From the NCBI GenBank assembly GCA_902578805.1, contig CACHEH010000005.1, positions 5,500 to 69,499 on the forward strand: 64,000 nucleotides of DNA, given 5' to 3'. The translations under genes and the position numbers were made by a program. Each line of letters opens with the position of its first letter. Within the stretch, counting starts at the first letter, position 1. The stretch comes from an uncultured SAR116 cluster alpha proteobacterium (GTDB taxonomy: Bacteria; Pseudomonadota; Alphaproteobacteria; Puniceispirillales; Marisalimonadaceae). This document shows, piece by piece, positions 19,859-30,188 of the stretch. Below the pieces are notes generated by a model. That model was not told the DNA's origin. It worked only from the letters and a program-made list of their open reading frames with translations, and made no database searches.

Positions 19859-21316
19859 ATGAATGAAGTAGCTTTAAGTTTTTATAGGAAGATAAATAAA
19901 GGTAAATTAGCAATAATCGATATTGGTTCTAATTCTATTAGACTTGTTATATACCCTCAAAATGGTAAATATCCTTTTCCGTTATTTAATGAAAGAGTAA
20001 ATTGTAAACTCGGTGAGGGTCTATCATTGAGCAAAAATATTTCCAGTCAATCAATTTCAAAAGCTTTGTCAGCTATAAAGCGTTTTGCATATATAATAAA
20101 AACTATGTCTGTAAAACATCAGTTAATTATAGCAACTGCAGCTGTTAGAAAAGCCAAAAATGCAAAAGAATTTTTACGTCCTGCAGAAAAACTTCTTAAT
20201 CATAATATTAAAATCTTGTCTGCTAAAGAGGAGGCTGATTATGCCTGTTTAGGAGTTCTTAGCAACATAAAAGTTGATAAAGGGCTTATAGCAGATTTAG
20301 GAGGAGGAAGTTTAGAACTTATTCTTATTCAAGATGGAAAAAAGATAAAATCAACGAGTATTGATATTGGACACTTATCTCAGATTACTAGTGAAGAAAT
20401 CAGAAAAGAAATTAATAAAGTTGAATGGCTGAATAAATCTAAAGGTCTTACATTGTTTGGAACAGGTGGAAGTTTTAGAGCTCTAGGATCTGCCTATATA
20501 AAGAATTATAATTATCCACTCTCATTATTGCATGGATTAAAATTCGATATCGAAAGAGGGATTATTCTTTTGGATCAAATGTCAGATGAAAACAAAGAAG
20601 TATTAGGTATACCTCCTGGTAGAATAGATACTATTTCAACTGCAGCAAAGATAATAACTCACCTGATTTTATCATCAAATGTAAAAAATATTATGATTAG
20701 TGGAACAAGTATAAGAGATGGATTGATAGCAGAATTAAATAAAGAAAATAGGATCAATCCAGATAAAGTTGCTTACTATAATGTACTTGCAAAAAACCAA
20801 AGATTTAATGGTATGCAAACTAAAATAAAAAAAATATTCAGTCCTATTTTTGAAAAAATTGCAGATAAAGATCTTGAAAGGGTATTTAAAATTAGTACTA
20901 ATCTTTCAGATATTTCTTGGGACGAACAGCCAGATATGAGAGGTAATATTGCCGCAAACAAAATCTTATCACTACCAGTAAGAGATTTAACTCATATTGA
21001 GAGGGTATGGATGGCCAAAGTTGTTTATCACAGATATGTTGGTACTAAAGATAAACAACAAATTGATAAAAGAATAATCAATTTACTTTCAGAAAAGCAA
21101 AAAAATTCATCTTATGCTATAGGTTTAGGATTAAGATTTTTATATAATTTTAGCGCAGGATTACCAAAAAATTTGGATAATATTAAATTTAAGATTAAGA
21201 AAAATAAATTAACTTGTAAAATAAAACCTGAAGCCAAAGCTCTCATGGATAAAGAAAATGAACGAAGATTAAAAAACTTTTCTAATGCTTCTAATTTAAA
21301 TTATGAGATTATATAA
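19859..21316 (+). CDS. ppx: Exopolyphosphatase Ppx/GppA
   Basis: IDIGSNSIRL, ATAAVR, EEA, DLGGGSLE motifs; 2 bp after ppk1. Confidence 0.92.
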   Translation: MNEVALSFYRKINKGKLAIIDIGSNSIRLVIYPQNGKYPFPLFNERVNCKLGEGLSLSKNISSQSISKALSAIKRFAYIIKTMSVKHQLIIATAAVRKAKNAKEFLRPAEKLLNHNIKILSAKEEADYACLGVLSNIKVDKGLIADLGGGSLELILIQDGKKIKSTSIDIGHLSQITSEEIRKEINKVEWLNKSKGLTLFGTGGSFRALGSAYIKNYNYPLSLLHGLKFDIERGIILLDQMSDENKEVLGIPPGRIDTISTAAKIITHLILSSNVKNIMISGTSIRDGLIAELNKENRINPDKVAYYNVLAKNQRFNGMQTKIKKIFSPIFEKIADKDLERVFKISTNLSDISWDEQPDMRGNIAANKILSLPVRDLTHIERVWMAKVVYHRYVGTKDKQQIDKRIINLLSEKQKNSSYAIGLGLRFLYNFSAGLPKNLDNIKFKIKKNKLTCKIKPEAKALMDKENERRLKNFSNASNLNYEII

Positions 21317-22165
21317 TCATTTAATTGCCGAAACATAATTAATACATGCTTTATAATTTGTTTCATCATTAACTCTTCTTTTTTTGCATAATTCAATCAT
21401 TTCATTCTTAATGATTAATAATTTATCACTAGATAAATTCTTTTCTGATAATATTTTTGCTCTTGGTCCAATTCCCATAAGAATATTTGCGTTGTCTCTT
21501 ACACTATCTTTAGTTGAAATTGAAGTATAAACTTTATCAACATTAATATTTTTAAACCCTGAGAATTCAAGAATTTCTTTTATATATTCTTCATCATTAA
21601 ATGCAAATGGACCAGGTTGTTTTGTTATTTCTGGAAGATCTTCTTGAGTATATTTAGTTATAATTTCCATACCTTCAATGAAGAATTCGTTTTTCATCAA
21701 ATCTGTCCAACAAACAAAATGTAGAGAACCGTTTGTTTTCATTGATGAATGTATATTTTGAAAAGCATCAAATGGATTTTCAAAGAACATTACGCCAAAT
21801 CTTGATATAACTTTATTAAAATAATTTTTTTTAAATTTATAATTTTGTACATCACAGTTTATAAATTCAATTACATTGATATTTGAAAATTTACTTTTTG
21901 CATGTTCTAACAGAGTATTAGATATATCAGCTCCAACAACATGACCAGTATTATCTAATAATTTAGAAGTTTGATAAGTTGTTTCCCCACCCCCACAACC
22001 AATATCTAAAACATGATCAGATTTTTTAATATTAGCTTTTAAAAAAAGTTTTTTAGTTAGAATAGAAAATCGTTCGTTCATGGAATCATCAAATCTTACC
22101 CACTTTGGGCCAGATTTTTCGTTCCAATACTCAGATTGCTCAATATTAATAATTTTTTGGTTCAT
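21317..22165 (-). CDS. Class I SAM-dependent methyltransferase
   Basis: VLDIGCGGG motif I, ISRFGVMFF, PGPFAF. Confidence 0.88.
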   Translation of the reverse strand: MNQKIINIEQSEYWNEKSGPKWVRFDDSMNERFSILTKKLFLKANIKKSDHVLDIGCGGGETTYQTSKLLDNTGHVVGADISNTLLEHAKSKFSNINVIEFINCDVQNYKFKKNYFNKVISRFGVMFFENPFDAFQNIHSSMKTNGSLHFVCWTDLMKNEFFIEGMEIITKYTQEDLPEITKQPGPFAFNDEEYIKEILEFSGFKNINVDKVYTSISTKDSVRDNANILMGIGPRAKILSEKNLSSDKLLIIKNEMIELCKKRRVNDETNYKACINYVSAIK

Positions 22166-22204
22166 ATCATTAACTCTTATAACGCTATAGTATAGTTGGT
22201 AATT

Positions 22205-23257
22205 TTAAATATACTTAAAATATTTTTCTTTAAATTTCAAAGCAACGGAAACTAGTAATATTAGTATAGGTACTTCAACAAGAGGACCAATAACAGTTGC
22301 GAAAGCCTCTTTTGATGCAAGCCCAAAAGTGGCAATTGAAACTGCAATAGCTAATTCAAAATTATTTGAAGCTGCAGTGAATGATAAAGAAGTAGCCTTT
22401 GGATAATTAATATTATAAAACGTGCTGATACCAAAACTAATAAAAAACATGATTAGAAAATATATGACTAAAGGAATTGATATTGTTAAAACATCTAAAG
22501 GTAGTTTCAAAAGTTCATTTCCTTTTAGAGTAAACATAACAATTATTGTAAATAACAGCGCAATTAAAGTTATAGGACTTATTCTAGAAAGAAACTTGTT
22601 CTCGTACCATTCTTCACCATATCTTTTAACTAATAATGATCTTGTCACAAAACCTGCTAAAAATGGAATACCAAGATAAATTAGAATAATTTTGGCGATG
22701 TATAATATTGAGATATCAATAATTTGTCCACCATATCCAAAAAATTCCGGCAAAATTTTTAAAAAAAACCACGCATAAGGCGCGAAGAAGATAATTTGAA
22801 AAATTGAATTAAAGGCAACTAATCCTGCTACATATTCTGAACTTCCTCTAGCCAACTCATTCCAAACAAGAACCATTGCTATACATCTAGCTAGACCAAT
22901 TAGTATGACGCCAGTCATATATTCAGGCTTATCAGAAAGAAAAGTAACAGCTAAAAAAAACATCAATGCAGGGCCTATTATCCAATTTTGAAATAAAGAC
23001 AAAGCTAAGACTTTCTTATCTTTAAAAACTTCAATAATTTTTTTATATTTAACTTTTGCTAAAGGTGGATACATCATTAGAATAAGCCCTATTGCAATAG
23101 GAATATTTGTATTACTGAAAGTTATTGAATCAAGAAATTTGGGCATATTAAGAAAAACATTACCAATAACTATACCTATAATCATTGCAAGAAATATCCA
23201 TAGAGTTAGGTATTTATCTAAAAATGATAGATTTAATTTTTTATGTTTTGGATACAT
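22205..23257 (-). CDS. acr3: Acr3 family arsenite efflux transporter
   Basis: [44 protein letters not shown] motifs. Confidence 0.95.
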   Translation of the reverse strand: MYPKHKKLNLSFLDKYLTLWIFLAMIIGIVIGNVFLNMPKFLDSITFSNTNIPIAIGLILMMYPPLAKVKYKKIIEVFKDKKVLALSLFQNWIIGPALMFFLAVTFLSDKPEYMTGVILIGLARCIAMVLVWNELARGSSEYVAGLVAFNSIFQIIFFAPYAWFFLKILPEFFGYGGQIIDISILYIAKIILIYLGIPFLAGFVTRSLLVKRYGEEWYENKFLSRISPITLIALLFTIIVMFTLKGNELLKLPLDVLTISIPLVIYFLIMFFISFGISTFYNINYPKATSLSFTAASNNFELAIAVSIATFGLASKEAFATVIGPLVEVPILILLVSVALKFKEKYFKYI

Positions 23258-23264
23258 CTTTTAT

Positions 23265-24410
23265 TTAAGCAACTTCTCGACCACTTGCCCATACTTTTCT
23301 AATGATTGGTAAATCCTTTTTAATACTTAATCTTACCAAATCTGCTTTTAAACCTTCTTTAATCATTCCTCTATCATTTAAGCCTGTAACTTTACAGGGG
23401 TTAGCAGTTACTGCAGCGATACTTTTGGGTAAATTATTAGATTTTATGCCCCACATTATTGCTGCCATCATCAATGATGAAGGCACGTAATCAGAACTTA
23501 AAATATCTAGAAGGTCTTTATCAATAAGTGATTGAGCTGAAACATTACCTGAATGAGATCCTCCTCTTACTAAATTTGGTGCTCCCATTATTATTTTTAT
23601 GTTACTGCTTTTACACTTTGTTGCTGCTTCAAGAGTGGTTGGAAACTCAGCTAAATTTATACCTTGTGAACAACTCTCTTCCACATCAGAAATTGTAGTA
23701 TCATCATGACTAGCCAATACTGCATTTAATCTTTTACTAAATTTTATTGTTTCAATTTTATGTTTTTTACCAAACATTTTTTGAAGATCTTTTAAGTATG
23801 AAAAGTGTTGTTGAATTTGTGTTTCCGAAAGACCAAATTTCCCTGATAAATAAACTTTGAACTGTGAAACATCACGAAACTGTCTTTGGCCTGGTGTGTG
23901 ATCCATAAGACTAACTATTTTTACCTTATCCTGATCGTTGAATTCTTCTAACTCCTGAATTAAATTTTCTGAACATATTTCAGCTCTTAGATGAATAAAA
24001 TGATCAATCTTAAAAGATTTGTCTTTTGATAAGTTATTGATAGAGGTGGCTGTTTCTCTTGCATATTTGTCATATCTATGCACACCATCTCTGTTAATAG
24101 ATCCTACTCTTAAAGCATCGAAAACAGTTGTAATACCTGCAGATGCTAATTCTCCATCGTGAGCTGTAAGAGCATTATTTATAGGCCAATTTACACCAGG
24201 TCTTGGTTTGAGATGCCTTTCTAAATTATCTGTGTGTAGTTCAACTAAACCTGGAATTAAATAATCTTCATTGCAATCTATAGATCTAGGTATAGAGCTT
24301 TTTCCTTTATTGACCCTTTTAATAAACCCATCTTTTAATTGAATACTTCCCAAAAAGACTTCGTCTTCAGTTACAATATTAACATTATTTAAAATGACAT
24401 CAGACAACAT
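23265..24410 (-). CDS. phnM: Alpha-D-ribose 1-methylphosphonate 5-triphosphate diphosphatase
   Basis: PGLVELHTDNLE, MDHTPGQRQ, ASHDD, GAPNLVRGGSHSGN, LSSDYVP. Confidence 0.96.
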   Translation of the reverse strand: MLSDVILNNVNIVTEDEVFLGSIQLKDGFIKRVNKGKSSIPRSIDCNEDYLIPGLVELHTDNLERHLKPRPGVNWPINNALTAHDGELASAGITTVFDALRVGSINRDGVHRYDKYARETATSINNLSKDKSFKIDHFIHLRAEICSENLIQELEEFNDQDKVKIVSLMDHTPGQRQFRDVSQFKVYLSGKFGLSETQIQQHFSYLKDLQKMFGKKHKIETIKFSKRLNAVLASHDDTTISDVEESCSQGINLAEFPTTLEAATKCKSSNIKIIMGAPNLVRGGSHSGNVSAQSLIDKDLLDILSSDYVPSSLMMAAIMWGIKSNNLPKSIAAVTANPCKVTGLNDRGMIKEGLKADLVRLSIKKDLPIIRKVWASGREVA

Positions 24411-24433
24411 GCAATCCTTAAATATCCATACAT

Positions 24434-24451
24434 ATGACTCTAATATTACAG
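24434..24451 (-). promoter_or_regulatory. Putative Pho box upstream of phnM-acr3
   Basis: Minus strand CTGTAAT-ATTA-GAGTCAT, close to the CTGTCAT-N4-CTGTCAT consensus. Confidence 0.7.
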
Positions 24452-24471
24452 TTTTTTTAAAAGTTAAAATA

Positions 24472-24500
24472 TATTAATTAAATTGAAACAAAACTATAAT
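24472..24500 (+). promoter_or_regulatory. Putative Pho box upstream of DUF1045 gene
   Basis: TATTAAT-TAAA-TTGAAAC-AAAA-CTATAAT, 11-bp period but degenerate in AT-rich DNA. Confidence 0.4.
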
Positions 24501-24511
24501 ATGTAAATCTC

Positions 24512-25219
24512 ATGGAAGAATATTATAAAAGATATGCAATATATTATGCACCTTTAGAAAATTCAGAGCTAGATGTGTTTGGTAAATGTTGGTTAGGATG
24601 GGATCCTTATAAAGGTTTAGAAACTACTAAGTCAGATCTTTCAAGTTCACCCAATTTACAGAAATTTTCTAGATTTGTACTTGCACCAAAACAATATGGA
24701 TTTCATGGCACAATAAAAGCTCCATTTAGATTAAAGGATGGGTATACCTTTAATGATCTTGAAAATAAAGTTTGTGAAATATCAAAACAAATACATAGTT
24801 TTCATTTAGACGAACTAATTATTAAAAAATTAGGTAATTTCATTGCATTAATTCCTACTAATAATCTCAAAGTAAATGAAGTATCTAATAAATTTGTAAA
24901 GGGATTAGATTATTTAAGAGATGAGCTTTCTGAAGATGAATTAAAAAAAAGAAATCCTGAAAAATTAACCCCAAATCAAAAAAAAATGCTCTATAAGTGG
25001 GGTTATCCTTACGTATTTAATGAATTCAAATTTCACTTAACTCTTACCAGTAAATTAAATATTGAGGAAATTGATGGCGTGTTTAAATCTCTTCAAAACA
25101 TTTTAAAACAAGTTAATTTAAGTAAGATAAACTTTAATAATATTTGTATTTTTGGACAAAAGAGTGATGAAAAATTTTATTTTATTAAAAGATTTAAATT
25201 TAATAATTTAAAGCATTAA
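24512..25219 (+). CDS. DUF1045 phosphonate-cluster protein (2H phosphoesterase-like)
   Basis: RYAIYYAP, YGFHGTIKAPF, WGYPYV, FKFHLTLT (two HxT motifs). Confidence 0.9.
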   Translation: MEEYYKRYAIYYAPLENSELDVFGKCWLGWDPYKGLETTKSDLSSSPNLQKFSRFVLAPKQYGFHGTIKAPFRLKDGYTFNDLENKVCEISKQIHSFHLDELIIKKLGNFIALIPTNNLKVNEVSNKFVKGLDYLRDELSEDELKKRNPEKLTPNQKKMLYKWGYPYVFNEFKFHLTLTSKLNIEEIDGVFKSLQNILKQVNLSKINFNNICIFGQKSDEKFYFIKRFKFNNLKH

Positions 25220-25736
25220 TTAAGTTATTTACGCCTGTTTCTAAATCAATGTCATTTTTAACATAGATTGTATCCGAAGGTAATTTTCCAACTTCTCTAT
25301 TAAGTCTTTTTTTAATATCATCCTTACTTTCTCTATTTCTTGATATAAGACGGCTTTCAATAGCTTTTTTTGAAGCAATAATGCAAATAATCTTTGCATC
25401 AGGATAACTTTCCCTAATTTGCTTCAAAGCGAGTCTTGATCCATTAAAAATTACATTAACACCTTTTTTCAATTCATCTTCAATATTTTTTGGAATACCA
25501 TATGATAAGGAATGTGCTTGCCAGCTTATTGCAAAAAAACCATCTTTAACCTTATTTTGAAAATCAGTATTTGATATAGCGATATGGTCTTCATTATTTT
25601 TATCGAGGGTTCTGGTAATATACCTTTTTACAAAGTAAAAATTTTCTAGCCTAGCTTTTATTTCATTTAATAAAGTATCTTTACCTACTCCAGAAGCTCC
25701 TACAATCACAAATAAATTGCCATTAGTTTTTTTCAT
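25200..25736 (-). CDS. phnN: Ribose 1,5-bisphosphokinase
   Basis: VGASGVGKDT P-loop, RYITR, WQAHSLSYGIP, NGSR. Confidence 0.93.
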   Translation of the reverse strand: MKKTNGNLFVIVGASGVGKDTLLNEIKARLENFYFVKRYITRTLDKNNEDHIAISNTDFQNKVKDGFFAISWQAHSLSYGIPKNIEDELKKGVNVIFNGSRLALKQIRESYPDAKIICIIASKKAIESRLISRNRESKDDIKKRLNREVGKLPSDTIYVKNDIDLETGVNNLINALNY

Positions 25737-25740
25737 TAAT

Positions 25741-26406
25741 TCATAAATTTTCTAAATTGACTTCTCTTGTAGCAACTTTGTTTCTAGCTGTTTCATCATG
25801 AAATATTCCTATTATAGCTGAACCATTTAGCTTAGCTTTTTCTATTAAATCTAATACAACATTTTTATTATTTTGGTCCAGACTTGCGGTTGGTTCATCT
25901 AAAAGTAAATACGGATAATTATGAATAAAACCCCTAGCAATATTTACTCTTTGTTGTTCACCTCCTGAGAAAGTTAAGGGAGATAAGTTCCACAAATTTT
26001 TTGGAATATTAAGTCTTTCTAATATTTCTTGAGCTTTTTTTAATGCAATTTTTTTTTCACATCCAATCTCAAGCAAGGGTTCTATTACAACATCTATTGT
26101 TGGCACTCTAGGTACAACTCTCAAAAATTGACTAACATACCCCAATTTATTCTTTCTTAGTTTTAAAATATCTCTAGGTGATGATTTTCTAATATTAATA
26201 TCTGAAATAAGAACATCACCTTTACTTATCACATAACTTCCATAGATTAATTTTAATAAAGTAGATTTACCTGTGCCAGAGTTACCAGTAAGTGCAACAA
26301 CCTCACCTTTCTTAACTCTGAAGTTTATATTTTTAAATACATTTATGTTTGTATCGTTTTGATTATAAAGTTGGAATGATTTGTTTAAATTTTTAATTTG
26401 TATCAT
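25741..26406 (-). CDS. phnL: C-P lyase system protein PhnL
   Basis: GNSGTGKST, GYVSQFLRVVPRV, TFSGGEQQRVNIARG, LLLDEPTASLD. Confidence 0.95.
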   Translation of the reverse strand: MIQIKNLNKSFQLYNQNDTNINVFKNINFRVKKGEVVALTGNSGTGKSTLLKLIYGSYVISKGDVLISDINIRKSSPRDILKLRKNKLGYVSQFLRVVPRVPTIDVVIEPLLEIGCEKKIALKKAQEILERLNIPKNLWNLSPLTFSGGEQQRVNIARGFIHNYPYLLLDEPTASLDQNNKNVVLDLIEKAKLNGSAIIGIFHDETARNKVATREVNLENL

Positions 26407-26407
26407 T

Positions 26408-27184
26408 TTACACCTGTAATACTGAACTAACTAATAATTGCGAATATTTATGCTGTGGATCATCTAAAACCTGATCACACAAACCAGCTTCTATTACATT
26501 TCCATTTTGCATTACAATTATACGATCAGCTAAAAGTCTAACTACTGCAAGATCGTGTGTAACTATTACTGCAGCAATGCCAAGTTCTCTTACAAGGTTT
26601 CTTAATAAATCCAAGATTTTAGCTTGTACAGATACATCCAAACCTCCAGTAGGTTCATCCATAAAAATCAATCTTGGTCTAGTTACAAGATTTCTTGCAA
26701 TTTGAAGTCTTTGTTGCATTCCTCCAGAAAAAGTACTTGGCTTATCATCAATTCTGTTAACATCAATTTCAACTTTTTCTAGCCAATTTGCAGCGATTTC
26801 TCTAATTTCACCATAATTTCTATGACCAATTGCCATTAATCTTTCACCAATATTTCCTCCTGCACTTATATTCATTCTGAGACCATCACGAGGATTTTGA
26901 TGCACAAATGCTAGATCAGATCTTTGAATTGAACGAAGTTTTGGTTCCGAAATTTTTGTAAAATTGAGGATTGTTTTTGATTTGTCGTTTAAGAAAATAT
27001 CTCCTTCATCAACTTCTAAATTTCCATAAATACAGTTTAATAATGTAGACTTCCCAGAACCTGACTCGCCAACAATTCCAAGAACCTCTCCAGGATTAAT
27101 ATCTAAAGATACATTTTTGCAACCTATATTTTGGCCATAGTATTTAGAAATATTAGAGGCTTGAAATAAGAAATTTTGATTCAT
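26408..27184 (-). CDS. phnK: C-P lyase system protein PhnK
   Basis: GESGSGKST, VHQNPRDGLR, FSGGMQQRLQIAR, QVLDDPQH; start set at ATG 27184 to avoid overlap with phnJ. Confidence 0.95.
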   Translation of the reverse strand: MNQNFLFQASNISKYYGQNIGCKNVSLDINPGEVLGIVGESGSGKSTLLNCIYGNLEVDEGDIFLNDKSKTILNFTKISEPKLRSIQRSDLAFVHQNPRDGLRMNISAGGNIGERLMAIGHRNYGEIREIAANWLEKVEIDVNRIDDKPSTFSGGMQQRLQIARNLVTRPRLIFMDEPTGGLDVSVQAKILDLLRNLVRELGIAAVIVTHDLAVVRLLADRIIVMQNGNVIEAGLCDQVLDDPQHKYSQLLVSSVLQV

Positions 27185-27186
27185 AA

Positions 27187-28065
27187 TTAATCTTCTTTTT
27201 TTGAATTTAATTTGGTTTGTTCTTTGCAATAGTCTGTGTCTGAACATATGTATGATCGTTTACCATCATCTGAAACAATAATTTCATCTAAATAACTATC
27301 ACTGGATCCACATATTGAACATTTGAAATTAGCTTTCATAGCTTCAAAAGGATAGTCTTCAAAATCAAGACTTTTAACATTTGTATAAGGTGGAATAGCA
27401 TAAATTCGTTGTTCTCTTCCAGCGCCAAATAGTTGAATAGCTGGACTATTATTCATTTTGGGATTATCAAATTTTGGAATAGGAGAAGGGTCAGTAACAT
27501 AATTTCCATTTGTTTTTACTGGATATGCATATGCTGTCTCAATATGACCATGTTTTGCAATATCTTCATAAAGTTTTACATACATTAATCCATATTCAGA
27601 AAGAGCATGCATTTTTCTAGTTTCTGTCTCTCTTGGTTCTAAGAATCTAAGAGGTTCTGGAATTGGTACTTGATATACTAATATTTGTTTTTCTTTTAAT
27701 TTTGTTTCAGGAATTCTGTGTCTAGTTTGTATAAGAGATGCATCTGAAGTTTTTTCAGTTACAGCTACATTTGCAGTTTTTTGAAAAAATTTTCTTATTG
27801 ATACTGCATTTGTAGTATCGTCGGCGCCTTGATCTATTACCTTTAAAATATCTTTGGGTATTAAACAAGCAGATGTTACCTGAATTCCACCAGTACCCCA
27901 ACCATATGGCATTGGCATTTCTCTTGAGGAAAAAGGTACTTGATAGCCAGGTATACATAATGCTTTCAGAAGAGCTCGTCTTATCATTCTTTTTGTATTT
28001 TCATCTAAATAAGCAAAATTATAAATTTGAATATCTAAATTTTCATTTTTACTCATTTCATTCAT
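27187..28065 (-). CDS. phnJ: C-P lyase radical SAM subunit PhnJ
   Basis: YNFAYLDE, PMPYGWGTGG, CSICGS...CSDTDYC cysteine pattern. Confidence 0.97.
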   Translation of the reverse strand: MNEMSKNENLDIQIYNFAYLDENTKRMIRRALLKALCIPGYQVPFSSREMPMPYGWGTGGIQVTSACLIPKDILKVIDQGADDTTNAVSIRKFFQKTANVAVTEKTSDASLIQTRHRIPETKLKEKQILVYQVPIPEPLRFLEPRETETRKMHALSEYGLMYVKLYEDIAKHGHIETAYAYPVKTNGNYVTDPSPIPKFDNPKMNNSPAIQLFGAGREQRIYAIPPYTNVKSLDFEDYPFEAMKANFKCSICGSSDSYLDEIIVSDDGKRSYICSDTDYCKEQTKLNSKKED

Positions 28066-28069
28066 TTTA

Positions 28070-29146
28070 TTACCTTTTCATATTAACTTTGGCGTCAGCT
28101 CTAATTTTTCTAATGAGCTCTAGTTCAGATTGAAAATCAACATAATGTGGTAGTTTTATGTGCTCTAAAAAACCAGTCGCTTGAATGTTGTCGCAATGTG
28201 AAATAACAAATTCTTCGTCTTGTGCTGGTGCGCCAGAATAATCTTCACCTAATTCTTTCCATCTTAAAGCTCTATCGATCAAGGCCATTGCTAAAGCTTT
28301 TCTTTCAGTCTGTCCGAATACTAAACCATAACCTCTTGTAAATTGTGGAGGTTCAATTTTGGATCCTTGAAATTGATTTACCGTTTCACATTCAGTTAAA
28401 ATGATCTCAGCAACATTAATTTCAAAACCTAATTCTGGAATATAAAGCTCAATGTCAACTATGCCAATTCTTAGTTCCCCTACAAATGCATGATTTCTTG
28501 CATATCCTCTTTGAGTAGAATATGCGAGACCAAGTAAAAAACCCTCATCTCCTCTTGATAATGCTTGTAACCTTGCCGAACGAGATGTTGGATAGCTAAT
28601 AGGTTCTCGAGTTATATCGATAGGATCAAGATTGTTATCTTTTTCGTTTTGCATTAAATCTTCTTGATTTAAAAAACTTAAAACGTGAGGCATTTTGTTG
28701 TCATTATATTTTTTTTTTGGACTAATAGGTGCTTCATTTTCAGCTAGTAATTTAAAGTCTAAAAGCCTATGCGTGTAATCAAAAGTAGGACCTAATTTTT
28801 GTCCACCTGGTATATCTTTAAAAGTTGCTGAAATCCTTCTAAGGCATGTCATATTTGCTGTATTAACTGGTTTGCTGTAACTAAATCTTGTAAGAGTTGT
28901 TCTGTAAGCTCTTAACAAAAATATAGCTTCTATCAAATCACCTCTAGACTGTTTTATAGCTAATGCAGCAAGGTCTTTATCATATAGAGAACCTTCAGAC
29001 ATTACTCTATCAACGCCAAGTGTGAGTTGTTCTGATATTTGATCAAGGGAAATATTTGGAATGGATGTATCACCTCTTCTTATTTCTGACATCCAAGAAT
29101 GAGCGTTATCAATTGCTACTTCCCCACCTTTAACAGCTACATACAT
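28070..29146 (-). CDS. phnI: C-P lyase complex subunit PhnI
   Basis: MYVAVKGGE, LGPTFDYTHRLLD, KLPHYVDFQSEL. Confidence 0.97.
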   Translation of the reverse strand: MYVAVKGGEVAIDNAHSWMSEIRRGDTSIPNISLDQISEQLTLGVDRVMSEGSLYDKDLAALAIKQSRGDLIEAIFLLRAYRTTLTRFSYSKPVNTANMTCLRRISATFKDIPGGQKLGPTFDYTHRLLDFKLLAENEAPISPKKKYNDNKMPHVLSFLNQEDLMQNEKDNNLDPIDITREPISYPTSRSARLQALSRGDEGFLLGLAYSTQRGYARNHAFVGELRIGIVDIELYIPELGFEINVAEIILTECETVNQFQGSKIEPPQFTRGYGLVFGQTERKALAMALIDRALRWKELGEDYSGAPAQDEEFVISHCDNIQATGFLEHIKLPHYVDFQSELELIRKIRADAKVNMKR

Positions 29147-29716
29147 CTAAAGCTCCGATTTTATGATATTAATTTTTGTTGAACGAGGAATAGATAAAAT
29201 TTCTAAGTCATTTGTGAAATAGAAATCTAAACCTAAAGGATAAAGATTATTATTTTCGATAAATAATTCAGGATTAGGTAAATCAATATTTAATTTATTT
29301 TTTATGCCTGGACCATCAATGTTGCATTTTACTTTTTTATATTTTGTTTCTTCAATTATTAAAGTTGCAGATCTTTCTGGATACTCAGGAACTCCTATTT
29401 TGAAATCATTTAATGGCAATAAAGATTTCCATGTACCAATTACAAAATCAGCATTCTTTTTGTTACTAATAATGGCACCAGTGTTAAAAATTAACCAATT
29501 CCTTACTTCATCTGTATTATATTCTTTTGAGAGGTAAACATTACTCTCATTATCACATAATGTAATTAATATTGTCGCTGCTGCATTTGACAATACACTT
29601 GGTTTGTTAAGTTTATTTATCTGAAAAGTTCTACCTGGATATGATGTTGCATTTACTAATGATCTAAAAGCAATAGAACTATTTATAGAATTTTCAGAAA
29701 AAGGATAATTTTCCAT
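29147..29716 (-). CDS. phnH: C-P lyase system protein PhnH
   Basis: FRSLVNATSYPG, EYPERSATLII, GPGI, YPLGLD, IPRST. Confidence 0.92.
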   Translation of the reverse strand: MENYPFSENSINSSIAFRSLVNATSYPGRTFQINKLNKPSVLSNAAATILITLCDNESNVYLSKEYNTDEVRNWLIFNTGAIISNKKNADFVIGTWKSLLPLNDFKIGVPEYPERSATLIIEETKYKKVKCNIDGPGIKNKLNIDLPNPELFIENNNLYPLGLDFYFTNDLEILSIPRSTKINIIKSEL

Positions 29717-30156
29717 TAATCGCTTTCTCCTCTTACAAGAGTAAAAAAATCAACTTTTGTAGCTTCAGCTTTTGAGAGAATTTTGTCTTTATTATCTTTT
29801 TTAATTTTTTCTAAAGGAATAATAATATTTTTATTTATTTCTTTAGACATTTTAGTTTGCATAAGAGCATCACATAATGCGCTTATTTCAGCTTTTTTCT
29901 TACTTCTTCCTTGAACATAACTATGACCTATTGTTCCACAATTCAATTTTAAGGAACATCTAGTTATAGTAACTTCACCAATATTAAATTTATCTCCAGT
30001 TACACCCATTCTTCCTTGAGCCATTATGCTTCCAATTTCAGGTGTTCTTAACCATACATAATTGACTTTTATTTTTTTTTGTTCCCAGAGATTTAACAAA
30101 TCACTTTGGCTAGATGTTGCTAACAAACTCATCCAAGATTTTCTTTTTTCAATCAT
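29716..30156 (-). CDS. phnG: C-P lyase system protein PhnG
   Basis: RKSWMSLLA, PEIG, FNIGEVTITRC, ATKVDFFTLVRGE. Confidence 0.95.
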   Translation of the reverse strand: MIEKRKSWMSLLATSSQSDLLNLWEQKKIKVNYVWLRTPEIGSIMAQGRMGVTGDKFNIGEVTITRCSLKLNCGTIGHSYVQGRSKKKAEISALCDALMQTKMSKEINKNIIIPLEKIKKDNKDKILSKAEATKVDFFTLVRGESD

Positions 30157-30171
30157 TTAATTACTTCTTTA

Positions 30172-30188
30172 CTATACAACTATACAAC
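30172..30188. promoter_or_regulatory. Candidate PhnF operator (TATACAAC tandem repeat)
   Basis: CTATACAACTATACAAC between divergent phnG and phnF, a further TATACAA at 30210-30216; resembles HutC/GntR GTxTAxAC half-sites. Confidence 0.5.

Noticed and set aside
21317-22165. Methyltransferase next to acr3 as arsenite methyltransferase ArsM
   Set aside because: Lacks the ArsM cysteine motifs (N-terminal GCGxP, SNCVxNL is replaced by SRFGVMFF); looks like a generic class I methyltransferase
26408-27247. 61-bp overlap of phnK with phnJ in the ORF track
   Set aside because: Resolved by using the ATG at 27184
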